In this document: positions 1-11,690 of the stretch, piece after piece | Numbering within the stretch: the first letter of the stretch is position 1 | How the letters are laid out: every line of letters starts with the position of its first letter | Assembly (NCBI RefSeq): GCF_004010195.1 | Contig: NW_025214700.1 | Location: 1 to 49,457, forward strand | Origin: Chiloscyllium plagiosum | Taxonomy: Eukaryota | Direction of reading: 5' to 3' | DNA: 49,457 nucleotides | The notes under the pieces: model-generated | Databases searched by the model: none | What the model was told of the DNA's origin: nothing | Seen by the model: only the letters and a program-made list of their open reading frames with translations | Position numbers and translations under genes: made by a program

Positions 1-807
1 TGTGAATTTTGCAACTGCTTGGAACATTATCATAAAGTTCTAATAGATTCGATTGGGCTTCCAAATAGGCTCAGTTATTCTAAATACAGTACTGTTTTCG
101 CTTGTTTTTCAAATAGTAGTCTCGAAATATACATTGTTTTTCTTAAAACTGAGTGGTTGTGCCAGCTGCATCACGCCTGGAATATCCACTGTACATATGT
201 TTAAAACAATTAGAATGGTTAGGGTCTGGGATACATTCTTGGCACGTTTCATGTGTGTCTGGACTGCTCTATAACCCAGTCCCGTGAATTGTTTTAATGA
301 GTGGGGTTAGGACTTATTCAGCTTGATCATGGAAGCCATTATGGAAGGAGCAGAGGGACTGTCAATAATTAGTCCATCCTACATAAGTGTGAAGATCTAC
401 ACGGGCTCTGGAGAGTTGGAAATATGTAGAAAACGAGAAATAATAAATATCATAATCACGTCTCCTAACTTTTATATCTGTCCAATATTTTGGAAACGTG
501 TGAAGTCCAATATGTCGGGGAATACGTTGTTGCTTTGGAAATAGTTATTTTGTAGGCACAATCAGTTTCGATACGTGAACAAAATATTTTGCCAAATTCA
601 CTCAGTTCATTGGCTATCTTCAGAAAAAAATATGTTCAAGTATATTTACTGTCTTGCCGAGAAAACTATTAATACAATTGAGTATACAGAAGTGATAATC
701 TCGACATATCATCGACTGCAAGATTGAAATTTAGAGGAAATGTGGGAAGTTGGTTGCTGTGATGGCATTCTGGAGACATCAATTTTTGTTTGTCATATCG
801 GCTTGGG

Positions 808-1162
808 GTGGCGCTGCGGCTCAGTGATTAATACTATGGCATTGAGGCGCCATGATCTGGTTTCAAGACGAGCTGCGAACGACTGGCTGTGTGGAGTATT
901 TTCCTTCTCCGTCTGCGTGAGTTTTTTTTTAAACTTGTACTCCATTTTGCTGCCGCAGTACAAAAACCTGCTGAATGCATGGCTTGGTCATGTTAAATTG
1001 CCATAGTATCATACAATATATCTGCTCGCCAAAGGAAGTGTCGGGTTACAGGGATAGTTTGCTGGTGATTCGGAGTCAGATGCTTTTCAAAGGGAGGGTT
1101 TGGTATTGAGGGAAACGCTGTAAGTTGGGTTACTGGCCAGTTTCCACACTGTAGCGAATCTA
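808..1162 (+). mobile_element. tRNA-derived SINE (HE1/V-SINE-like), degraded
   Basis: Head 'gcggctcagtgattaatact...ggtttcaa', core 'ctgtgtggagt...tctgcgtgag', 3' 'ggccagtttccacactgtag'; colinear with the younger copy at 30477-30765. Confidence 0.8.
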
Positions 1163-1944
1163 TGCTCCATGCAGCTTACAGTGCAGGATATGTCATGTGC
1201 GTGGATGGAGGGCAGGCAATTCCAATGAAAGGTGTCAGTCTGAAACAGGGAGAAGGAACACACTGACTTGGTGCGCTTTCGTTATTTTTAGAAATGTCAG
1301 GACATACGTTGTCAAATGTAGTCAGCGTAGAGGACTTAATAAAGATCGAGATGACAAATGACATAAGTGATTTTCAACCTTCATAAACAGTTACTCGTCC
1401 TCGCATATGATATTGATTTGTCATTTCTATGTGATTGTTCTCACTAGATTTTTTGCTCCAGTCTCTCATTGAGATCATCGTGTGCTATCGTTTCCAGCTT
1501 CTGCTCTTAAGGTCAATTTGCACGAATCTACTTTCTCCCAGGAAAAAATCCATTGACATAAGTTTTGCTATTCAGTTGTTAAGAAATTTCATGTTTGACA
1601 CATCTTTATCACATGAAATATTTTCCACAGCGAGTACTCAATGCCTTTCATCCATGATCTAATAATATCATGGAAGGAGCTGATATCGATACAGTCAAGA
1701 CAAAGTTCGATTAACATTTGTGACGAAGAAATGTGCAGTTATATGGGAAGAAACCAAGAGAATAGTAGTAGGTATTGATCAGTTGGAGAGTTTGTGCACA
1801 CATGGGAGACTGAATGGACCACTGTGAGTTACAGTTACAGCAATTCCTAGTTTATATGATACTTATTAGACAGTTTAGCCACCTGAAGAGACAAGTGTGC
1901 TGGATGCAGGGTGCACCGGCTTCAACCCATTGTAATGAGTTTAC

Positions 1945-3905
1945 GGTAGACAAGTCCCCATGACCTGATTACAAACATCACATACTTGAGAAGAATGCAA
2001 GTGAGGAAATTGTTGGCGTCTTGCCCAAAGTATGTGGATCATGTTTTCTCACAGGAGACGTGCCAGAGGCCTGGAGATTAACAATATTTCTTTACTTTAG
2101 TAACAGTTTCAGCAGGGATTATTCGTGAAATTATAGGCCAGTAATTCTCTGACAATAGTAAGGAAGTTGTGGAAGACATTTCTTCGTAGCAGGGGCAACT
2201 CGCATTTAGAATCGGAAAATGAACTCAATCGCAATAGTCACACAACACCAGGTTATACTTCAACAGGTGTATTTGAAAGCAGTGGCTTTCGGAGAGCTTT
2301 CATTATTTTACTTGAAAGACTGAAAAACAATCTAGGTTTGTTTAATATATGACCTCTGTTCCATGATGCTATAATCTATTGCGATAAATTGTGTGTCTAA
2401 TAATCCTCTCCAAAAACGACCAGATTTAGAATCAGGGCTCTGAGACCTCGTGCTTCCAAATACACCTGTTGGATTATATGGCATTATGGTTGGATGACAT
2501 TTTACTTTGCCCACTCCAGTCCAGCACTGGAGCGTCCACATCATTATTTGGCACAGAAAGATAGTCTTTGTGTGGAGAAGGTCATATCTCACAAACAGAA
2601 ATTATTTTTTTCTTGAAACAAAATGTCAAAGATGATTAATGAGCACCGAGCAAGATATGTTGCCTCTATGGACTTTTGGAAAGGTTTTTACAAAGCCCCT
2701 CAAGTCAGCATACTACAAAATGTGAAGTCACTTGAGATTGACTGTGAGATACTAACGTGGATTCAGAGAAGACTTAGACATTGAAGACTGAAAGTAAAAC
2801 GGAAAGATAATTTTCAGGCTGAAACGCTTAGCAAGTATGTTCCTTAAGGATCACTGCTGGGATACCTGTAAATTATGTGGACAAGAATGTAAGTTTGCTA
2901 TTCACTGAACGCAATCAAGGCTTATTTTTCGAATTTATATACACAGCTAATGTGGGAAGCACTATCTTTGAGAACACAGCTCCTTCATCAGGTCATTTTC
3001 GGAGAGGGTCATTAGACACAGAATTTATCAAGATTGTGGGAGCTAAGGACTGTCACGAGCATAGCCAAGGACACGGCAGGGCGTCAATGGGTTTGAGACC
3101 AGCGTGGAAAAACGAGAGTTGGAGGTGACCTTAGTGAGATCTCGAACGCAGGAGATAAATACCCGCAAACTGCATCAAACGTTGCAACAACCGGCAAAGG
3201 GATGTAGCTTTGAGGTCTGCAGTTTCCTGGAAGTGGCACCAGAAATAGGTAAGGTCGTCAAGAATATAGATGTCATGCCTATCTTCATTCGTGGGGTATA
3301 GGTGATAAAAAATTGGCAAGTTACGTTGCAGATTTATAGAAATTTAGTTCAGCCACATTTAGTATGTCGTGTACAGTTCTCGTCGTCACATAACCAGAGG
3401 GATGTGAAAGATTTCGAGGGCCTGCAGAGCTTGCTTTTCAGGACGTTGCCCGGTTGGTGATGTATTAGCTCTGAGTCTATATTTGAAAAATAAACCGTAA
3501 TTGCAATCAGTTAAATGTGCAGGATGATTGGCAATTCGATAAAAGCATAAGCACATAAAATTATTCGAGGATTGTATTAATGGATAGTTACAGGTATTTT
3601 TTAATTCCAAATTTGAAATAGCAATTACTTGGAACACAAGGTTAAAGGTGAGAGCGTTTCAGAAGAATGTCGATGAGAGAGAGTGCTTATGGTCTGGAAT
3701 GTACATGCAGAGCAGTGTTGAAGGCAGAAACAATGGCTCGGTTTAAGAGGTATCTTGCCAGATTTGTAAACAGGCAGGGAATGGAGGGATACGGAGCATA
3801 CCGATGCAAAGTTGCTTGGTCTAGAAAGGTATTATGTGGCGGTTCAGTTATGGGAATTCTTGTTCCTTTGCTGTACAGTTCTTTCTTCTTTAACTCTGAC
3901 ACTAT
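1945..3905 (+). mobile_element. CR1 LINE ORF2/3' end, fragmented and interrupted by Penelope ends
   Basis: Degenerate CR1 motifs: 'gtagacaagtcccca' (VDKSP), 'atggacttttggaaaggtttttacaaag' (MDFxKAFDK), and a 3' UTR/tail similar to the CR1 at 41700-42030. Confidence 0.75.
2238..3030. mobile_element. Three Penelope pseudo-LTR ends in alternating orientation (-,+,-)
   Basis: 2238-2300 'cacaacaccaggttatacttcaacaggtgtatttgaaagc'; its inverse at about 2385-2503 'gcttccaaatacacctgttgg'; third copy at about 2930-3030 'gctccttcatcaggtc'. All match the element end at 39457-39560. Confidence 0.7.
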
Positions 3906-4393
3906 CATGTCGAAAAAGCTGAACGCATGCAGAGGGTAAAATACTTCGTTTTCTTTTGAGGCATGTCGTGGCATCTTGGACTCGGCTTTCAGCTGAGTAA
4001 CTTCACAGCATAACTTCTGTTGATGACAAATCCACACAGCCATAACGAGTTGTGTCTGCTTTGTCTTGCGACAAGTAGAGCTCTCAGAATTTCTCATTTT
4101 CACATCTCACATTTAGACCTATTATAAATTTCTAAATTTCCTTTCTGACCTTTTTTATCCACTTTGTTTTGTGCTTTGGGCTCAACTGTCATACGTTCTC
4201 CTATTGTAATCGTCTCGCTTTGACCTTCTTCACCACATTCATACGCAACAGTGCTTGTTTAATTTTTAAAAACTATACTGTTTCAGTTTCTTTCAGTAAT
4301 TAAGATGAACAGTATTCGTCTCTAAAATTTACTTCGTTTTTCTCTGCCTAACTTTTGCTAAGTTTCTCCAGTATTTTATTTTGCCATACTTAG

Positions 4394-5389
4394 CATTCCG
4401 ACACGGGGTAAACCCTTCTGCTAATTTAAACTAGACACACATGAAGTTCACCGCATGCCATAACGTGTTAAATTTCTAGTGGCAAAGTGCTATCCCACAT
4501 ATCACAATTTAAAGAAGAAAACAATAACTACATTTTATTCTAAAAACGAGAACATTAGGCAACGAATTGTTACAACTCATTTCTATTAAAACCATTCTAC
4601 CTCACATTCTACAGCATTGGTATGATAAATTCGCTCTTAAATTTATGGCAAATCAATTTTCAAAAACAGTTGTCTGTTTCGCGTGTTCGAAGTTCCTCTG
4701 TCGGTTCTTGTAGGTGTCTTTGATCTTCTGCTGCAAAACTTTCTGATGCCCATGTACCGTTCCAAGCATTCTGCTGCAGTCTGTTGCTGATTGGCTGCTG
4801 TTTGTTATTCTAAAAGTACGACCTATTGATTTCTTTCAAAATTTTCGAGTCAAATCTGAGAATCATCTTCAAACCCCAAAAACTCTTTCCAAAATTTAGG
4901 AGCTATTTCTCTCACTTTTAATTTAACAAACCACAATTCGCTGAAAGTAAACAAGTTGTCTCAACTTGTTTTCATTTCGATATCTAGGGCACTAACCTGC
5001 AAGGCTTTAAAACTATCTGGCTTTTCTAGTACACTAAATATACTCAAATCTGTCCAAGTCTGTCCAGACTGTATCGTTCTCAGCCGACCAAATACATTCA
5101 TCCGAGACCAATCTGTTCAATTCCTGGCGATCAACCCCAAAACATCGGACCGGCTCACTGGTTTGATGTCATCCAAAGCATTAAAATTCAAGTTCTATTG
5201 GAGTTTGGTATCTGTGGCATAATTTAAACACTTTGTCCACATTTGAATTTGTTTTATACTATGACAATGCTGTTCTCTGTACTTGTTTCACAACCAAATA
5301 TTACTTTTTAAAATCCACTAGCACACTCTTTGCCAGCCAGGTGTTTCAGCTCCCTTAAAAGTAGAGCACATGTCTAGAAGTTCATAACA
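4394..5389 (-). repeat. 3' LTR of Gypsy (Gmr1-like) element
   Basis: On the minus strand it starts TGTTATGAAC directly after a decayed polypurine tract, downstream of RNase H. A similar start (tgttatgaag) occurs at 49143. Distal boundary approximate. Confidence 0.6.
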
Positions 5390-6175
5390 ACTTCCGACTT
5401 AAGATAAAACTGAACGATCATGATGAACGGTTGGGCCCTTTTTCTTTTGTATTTCTTAACCTTATGCTCACGACATACTTATAACATTAATCTAAATTCT
5501 TCTTGATATATATACACATACACATGCACATATACATAAATCTACAAAAAGACATTGGATAGAACCCAATCTCATCTAACGTCTGTCAGTTAATCTGGGA
5601 AAGGACGTCTGCAATTACATTCTTATGCATTGCAACACTTAAAATTTGTAAATTAAATGATTGTAACATAAGACACCAACGAAACTTTAAAGTGTTCTTT
5701 AAAGTGTACCAAGAATATTAGTGTATTGTTATCCATGAACAGAACCGTCTCTGACATATTGTTCGTAACATGCACATTAAGATGTTGTAAGGTCAGTACC
5801 AATCTCAATAGTTCCTTTTACGTCGTGGAGTATTTTCTCTGGTGGATGTTGTGTTTCTTTGAAAAGTAAACAACTGGCAGTTCAATTTCGTGACCATCTT
5901 CCTGTAGTAATACAGATCCAACTCCTATGTCAAGAGCATCGATCGCAACGTTGAGGGATTTGAAAAGTTTGGTGTAGCTCGAACTGGTGCGATAGTTAGT
6001 ATTGCTTTTAAATATACAAATGACACCTGGCATTCTTATGTCCACCGAAAGTTTCTGGTCATCTTCATGAAATCTGTTAATGCTACATATACACTGCTGA
6101 CGTTTGGACAAACTACTGATGGAGTCTGCTTAGTCGCAAAAATCAAAGCAACTCTTTCCTCGAGATTGGTCAAAA

Positions 6176-6726
6176 NNNNNNNNNNNNNNNNNNNNNNNNN
6201 NNNNNNNNNNNNNNNNNNNNNNNNNNNNNNNNNNNNNNNNNNNNNNNNNNNNNNNNNNNNNNNNNNNNNNNNNNNNNNNNNNNNNNNNNNNNNNNNNNNN
6301 NNNNNNNNNNNNNNNNNNNNNNNNNNNNNNNNNNNNNNNNNNNNNNNNNNNNNNNNNNNNNNNNNNNNNNNNNNNNNNNNNNNNNNNNNNNNNNNNNNNN
6401 NNNNNNNNNNNNNNNNNNNNNNNNNNNNNNNNNNNNNNNNNNNNNNNNNNNNNNNNNNNNNNNNNNNNNNNNNNNNNNNNNNNNNNNNNNNNNNNNNNNN
6501 NNNNNNNNNNNNNNNNNNNNNNNNNNNNNNNNNNNNNNNNNNNNNNNNNNNNNNNNNNNNNNNNNNNNNNNNNNNNNNNNNNNNNNNNNNNNNNNNNNNN
6601 NNNNNNNNNNNNNNNNNNNNNNNNNNNNNNNNNNNNNNNNNNNNNNNNNNNNNNNNNNNNNNNNNNNNNNNNNNNNNNNNNNNNNNNNNNNNNNNNNNNN
6701 NNNNNNNNNNNNNNNNNNNNNNNNNN
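6176..6726. other. Assembly gap (551 N)
   Basis: Run of N; falls across the RT core of the Gypsy element. Confidence 1.
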
Positions 6727-7789
6727 GCTTGTACAAGTTTATCTGTACAGATCTCCAATCTTGTTATTGGATATGCGTCCAATTCTCTTACAGCAATGAC
6801 TGTCCAATAATCCACGCAAAATCGTTGAGACTCGTCCGGTTTGGGAACTAAGATTTCGGTGAACCCCACTCACTCTGGCTTGGTACAATAATATCCTCGT
6901 TAGGCATGGCATCTAACACAGTCAAAACCTGTCTCACTTTCAATGGATTAACCCGATAAGCGTGTTCCTGTATTGGAACTACATTCTCTGTGCAATAGTA
7001 TTCGTCCTCCCAATTTGATTGCTACAAATGTCCTCATACTGCAGTAAGAAACCTTTCAACTGCGTTCGTTGCTCATCAAGGACTTACTCATTTTTAACTT
7101 ATTTTGACGCACATCAAAATTTTAATATCAGGATTTGATTCCTCACTCTATAGGGCAGTAAACAACGCCTGCTTCTCCAGTTTTTTCTCTCTCGTATAAT
7201 CCGGATTCAACATGTTCTCGTGACATCCAGAATACAGGTCTTTCTTTCAATCTGGCATGTTTACTAAATCGTTCACATGAGTCATCTTTTTCTGAATTTG
7301 ATAGGGGCTACTAAACATTGCTTCGAAGGGATTTCCTATCACTGGTTACAACACTAATAAATCATCCCCGAGGCCCTGCGGGAAAACGTCCGAGTCTCAG
7401 AGTTTTCATCTGCCACCTGCTTCATTGTTAGATTTGTTCTCTTTCGGTGCTGTTCAAATAAGTCACCGACTCGAATTAATCTCTTCCTCACCTCGATACA
7501 TAATATGAATGTGAGATCTCTGACTTTGACCCTGTGAATTTCACTTTAATTAATTTCAAATGCCTTCTCATTCCATCAACGAATATCAACTCGAATGTTG
7601 TAAACTGAGTAGACTCGTTTGGGGAAACTCGAATGATAAACAATACGAATGGAATACATTTATCCCAATTTTTAGGGTAACCCTGACAGTATGCTCGCAA
7701 CATGGTCTTCACGGTCACCTTTCTAACACTCCCTGTGATTCAGGGTGATACATACTTGATTTAAAGTGATGTATACCAAAGTTTTCTAT

Positions 7790-7876
7790 GTTAAAATTCA
7801 CACAACACCAGGTTATATTCCAACAGGTTTAATTGGAAGCACACTAGCTTTCGGAGCGATGCTCCTTCATCAGGTG
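7790..7876 (-). mobile_element. Short Penelope 3'-end insertion inside the Gypsy integrase
   Basis: Near-identical to 39460-39546; flanked on both sides by integrase-derived sequence. Confidence 0.85.
7842..7876 (-). ncRNA. Minimal type-I hammerhead ribozyme motif
   Basis: Minus strand reads CAC-CUGAUGA-A-GGAGC-AUC-GCUCC-GAA-AGCU-A-GUG: core CUGAUGA/GAAA, 5-bp stem II, palindromic AGCU in place of stem III, CAC/GUG stem I. Confidence 0.75.
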
Positions 7877-9555
7877 AGTCCTGTGTAGCACGAGGTGACC
7901 TCTTACAGGTGGATCATGTGCTACTCGCGAAACCTCCTGTCCGAATTCTCCTGGCAGCACAATCTGGTGCAGTTTGGCCTACTTCTCTTCCATGCTAAGC
8001 TGCCGTGGTCTACATTTCAGTCTTTGGATTTTATCTTCTAGATAATTATACTCATGAATATCCTCTGCCTCCTTTTCGGAATATGCATGTAATATATATC
8101 TTTATTGTCTTGTTTTGTTGTTGCAGTTTCTCAACCTTTCAGGACCTAAACGCTTCTATCTGAACATCTGCCATTACCGTTTCGTTCCTCATCATACTGT
8201 CAAACAGCGTGTCCGCGATCTGCAACTCAATTCCTTCTTCTCTCTCTTTCGTTTTTATTCGTGCTGTGACTTCTGATAGTGAGATCTGGTTAATACACAG
8301 TTGGGAAAACGCCAATATATTTACGTTGTATCTCCTCAGTTTCTTTGTCATCCTTGGGCTTCTCCACAACAAGGGGAGTCACTTTCACCTTGAATCTCTG
8401 TAACTCATTCCCAAGAACAAACTGAAATGCTGGAACTGACACTGTCAATTACTCCCATTGTAAATTCTCCAGTCTTCAGTTGGCATTCAAACCTGATCTT
8501 ACATCGGGAAACAAAATTTCTGTCCATGTTTCCCACAAATTGCCATATTCTCGGGTAACAAATCAGAAAGAGTGTGAATTAGCTCATCCCTTACAATCAG
8601 CCACTGGTTGGTCCTGTATTTCTCAAAAGTATAACGTCTTGTTCTTCTCCCCAATTCCTTTTGAGTAAACTTTACCCACAGAAGTGAGTTATTTACAGCA
8701 ATCAGTTAAGAACTTCATACCCACCCTCTGCCCAGGCTGTGTACTGTCCTGCATCTCCTCAGCTTTTATTGCGGTTTTCTCTACTACTTTCATTAATGCC
8801 ACTGGCTTAGCTTCTTTTGCCACATCTTTTTCCTGGTGGTGATCCTCAATCAGAGTTCGAAGCAAACACATTCTCGCATTATTTTGGTTCACTGCCATTG
8901 TGATATATTGCAGCAGAAAGACATTTTCACGTTTGCAGGATGCTATGAGATCCAGCCATGCCCCTCGCAAAGGCAAGTTTTACGAAAAACGAAGGAAAGG
9001 TCAAAATGCAGGCAGTTGTGAAAAATGCAGACCTGATTTGAGAACCATAAATATTTGCAAAACGCTATGATATTGAAGAAACTGAAATGTTTGTACGTCC
9101 TGGCTGAGAAGGGTCATCATCTCTGAGCAATACACACTTTAAATGATACAACGAGATGGAATTGTCACGACAGCAGTGTGCTTTAAATGAGTCACCCACT
9201 CACATACATCTGTGTTACCAACGTCATCCGGCACTGTTTCCACCGGTGGTTATCCATTTGGCTGAAGTTTTGAGCAACGTCTTACATATGAGGTGAACAC
9301 CCCAGAATCACCATCACCCTGTAGAGATGATGTGTAGTTTCCCCCAAGCTGACTGTGGAGGCCAATGCAATGGCACCAGAAGGGAGTTGGAGGAGGCGGG
9401 AGAGTTAGCGCCAGACAATTTTTCATTCTGATCCAGGCTTTCACGGGTTTCTGTTTGAAGAGCAGGAAAGCAAACTTTGCCTTTCTGGGGTTCGGGATGG
9501 TGAGTAACCTGGCAGGACAGGACAGTAAGAGACAGAGGGTGATCGAGGTCTCTAT

Positions 9556-9570
9556 TCATGGCTCCCATTG
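9556..9570 (-). CDS. Candidate terminal exon of the saposin-like gene (QWEP then stop at the expected 6th Cys position)
   Basis: Acceptor 'ttcattgaattgtcctttcag' then CAA TGG GAG CCA TGA. Joined to LCG, the TGA falls exactly at C-x5-C. Speculative. Confidence 0.25.
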   Translation of the reverse strand, partial: QWEP

Positions 9571-10199
9571 CTGAAAGGACAATTCAATGAATGAAGCCTT
9601 ATTCACAAGGTCATAGAAGTATACAGCAGAAGAACGGACTCTTCGTCCGTGCTCGCATGATTTAACAAATGGAAGCAATTCAATTTGGTTGTACAGAGCC
9701 CATATAACTCTATTTCATAGCCAGATGTTGCATTGATTTGGAAAGGATGAAAGTTTCGTGCCAAGCTGCGGACCGTAAATATTCCATATTCTACACAAGG
9801 ACAGACAGTGAATTCGTGCAGGCGTATTTTACACTGGGTGCGTCTTCTACGATCGAAACTCAGGAGGAAAGTCAAAGTTTTCATTGATATTTCCAACTAT
9901 ACATGCGTATTTAACCCAAGCACAGAATTGCAGTATCTGTGAACAAATCCACAAAGGTGACATTGATGTAAGCACAATTCTCTGGTCAACCACACAGAGG
10001 AAACATTACGCTAGTTTCCCAGGATAGGGGGGAACAGTGGACCGGAGTTGCTGTTCGCGACTTTTCAACTCTCAGTGAACATGTTTGCAATCTTTTTTTG
10101 CAGCTGTATCTAATTTAGTGGATTAGGCCGAAAAGAATGTTGCTTCAAGAGAACAGCATTTCCTATTTCAACATGAAGTGCGATCAGTTCCCTGCTTAA

Positions 10200-10440
10200 T
10201 CCCATATATCTCTCCAGGGAATTGATACAACTCTTTTACCTCATGTCGATTTACTCTGGAAGATAAATCAATAATTTAGGCCAATTTTCAAGAACGTCCT
10301 CGTTGTCTAATTCAATTTTAGTATTGTCACGTTCAGAGCTATCTGTTTTGGGTACAGTGGTCTCAGTTGTGATAACTGCCACATTATCCTTTTGCTCTCG
10401 TTCCTGATTGAGGTACTGTTTGCACGTATTCACACGACAT
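10200..10440 (-). mobile_element. Gypsy (Gmr1-like) INT-RT linker fragment
   Basis: CRVNTCKQY..EQKDNVAVIT..KIELDNEDVLENWPKLLIYLPE is homologous to the 43985-44170 segment (QIKLDNE..LSYLPE). Confidence 0.8.
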
Positions 10441-10539
10441 ATTGTGAGAGCTGGAATTCTCAGATGCCATGACGGGCGCGCTGGGCAATGGAGAACCGTT
10501 GCATGTGGTGCATCTGAATCTCCAGGTGACATTGATCAA

Positions 10540-11690
10540 GGAAATGCACGTAGGCTGGTGCTACAGGTAAAGGTGCACGGCATTATTGGTAAGGAGCTAG
10601 CATGTGTAAATGATTAGCTAGTGAATAAAAACAATAATTGTGGATAAATCGTTGTTTTTTTTTAATTTTGGCAATCAATGTCTACTGGTTTGCCTCAAAG
10701 ATCAGTGTTGGAATCGTAATTGTTTCCAACTGACATCGATGATTTGGAATTTTAGGTCATGTGTAACGTGTCAATGTTCGCACATGACACTACGATGAGT
10801 GGTATAGCAAAAACAGCAGAATAATAGAGAGAGATTAAGTGAGTGGGCAAGGGTGTGGCAGGTGCAGTACAATTCTGGTAAATGTAAGGTCATTCATTTT
10901 GACATGGATAACAGCAACACAGTTTTTTGTTTAAACGGAGAAAAGTTGCAGCATGCTGGAATTCAGAGGGACCTGGGTGAACTTGTGCATGAATCTCAGG
11001 AGGTTGATTTGCAATTGCAACAGGTAACTAAGAATGGAAATGGTATATTGACCTTAATTGCAAGACGGATGGATTTTCAAGACTCGTAGGTTATGCTGCA
11101 GTTGGATCGCGTGCAGATGAGGCCACACCTGGAAACATACGTCTAATGTTCGTCTTCTTACTTGGGAACTAATGTAATGGCACTGTACGGACGCAGAGAG
11201 GTTCCATAAATTGACTCTAGAGTAATGAGCTTTGCCTTTTGAGGACCAGACTGAGTAGCTGAGCCGAGCCATATTGGAATTTAGGAAAAAATGGGAGCGG
11301 TCTTCTCGCCACAAGTAAAATTATGAAGGGAATAGTTAAGATCGAAGCAGGGAGGTTATTTCCACATGTAGGTCAAATTGAAACGGAGTGACATATATTC
11401 TACGTTTAGGGAAGCAGATTTACGACTCAGTTAAAGAATTGATTCATTACCCAAATGGTTGTGAATCTGCAAATTTCCCTGTCACCTGAAGCAATTAAGT
11501 CTACCATATTTCATGTTTTAAAGGCAAAGCTAGATTGATATTCGAACAGTGCAGAAGTTCATGTTTTTTTGCGAATGGGCGGGGAAGTTGAGTTGAGCAG
11601 CAAAACGATCACCCACAATGATAATTAATGATGAAGCAGGCTCGAGGAGTCAGGTCACCTACTTCTGCTCCTTATATTTCTTATGTTTGA
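10540..11690 (+). mobile_element. CR1 LINE 3' portion
   Basis: LPQRSVLE (PQGSVLG), FAHDT (FADDT), WQVQYNSGKCKVIHF, QRDLGELVH; tail 'ccttatatttcttatgtt'. Confidence 0.9.

Larger units (their letters stand above)
5390..9180 (-). mobile_element. Decayed Ty3/Gypsy LTR retrotransposon internal region, Gmr1-type order PR-INT-RT-RH
   Basis: Minus-strand translations: protease-like LRNTG (~8620), integrase KTMLRAYCQ..WDKCIPFVLFIIR..PNEST (7488-7718), RT LVPKPDESQRFCVDY..DAYPITRLE (~6740-6860), RNase H DALDIGVGSVLLQED..PVVYFSKK (5818-5950). Many stops and frameshifts. Confidence 0.9.

Noticed and set aside
1..600. Protein-like minus-strand frame (..IGLHTFPKYW..DLHTYVGW..) and plus-strand IVFLKT resembling a sulfotransferase motif
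   Set aside because: Several stops, no further diagnostic motifs, family not recognisable by eye.
6036..6869. Long ORFs of 277, 247 and 188 aa
   Set aside because: Artefacts of translating through the N gap; the flanks are decayed Gypsy RT.
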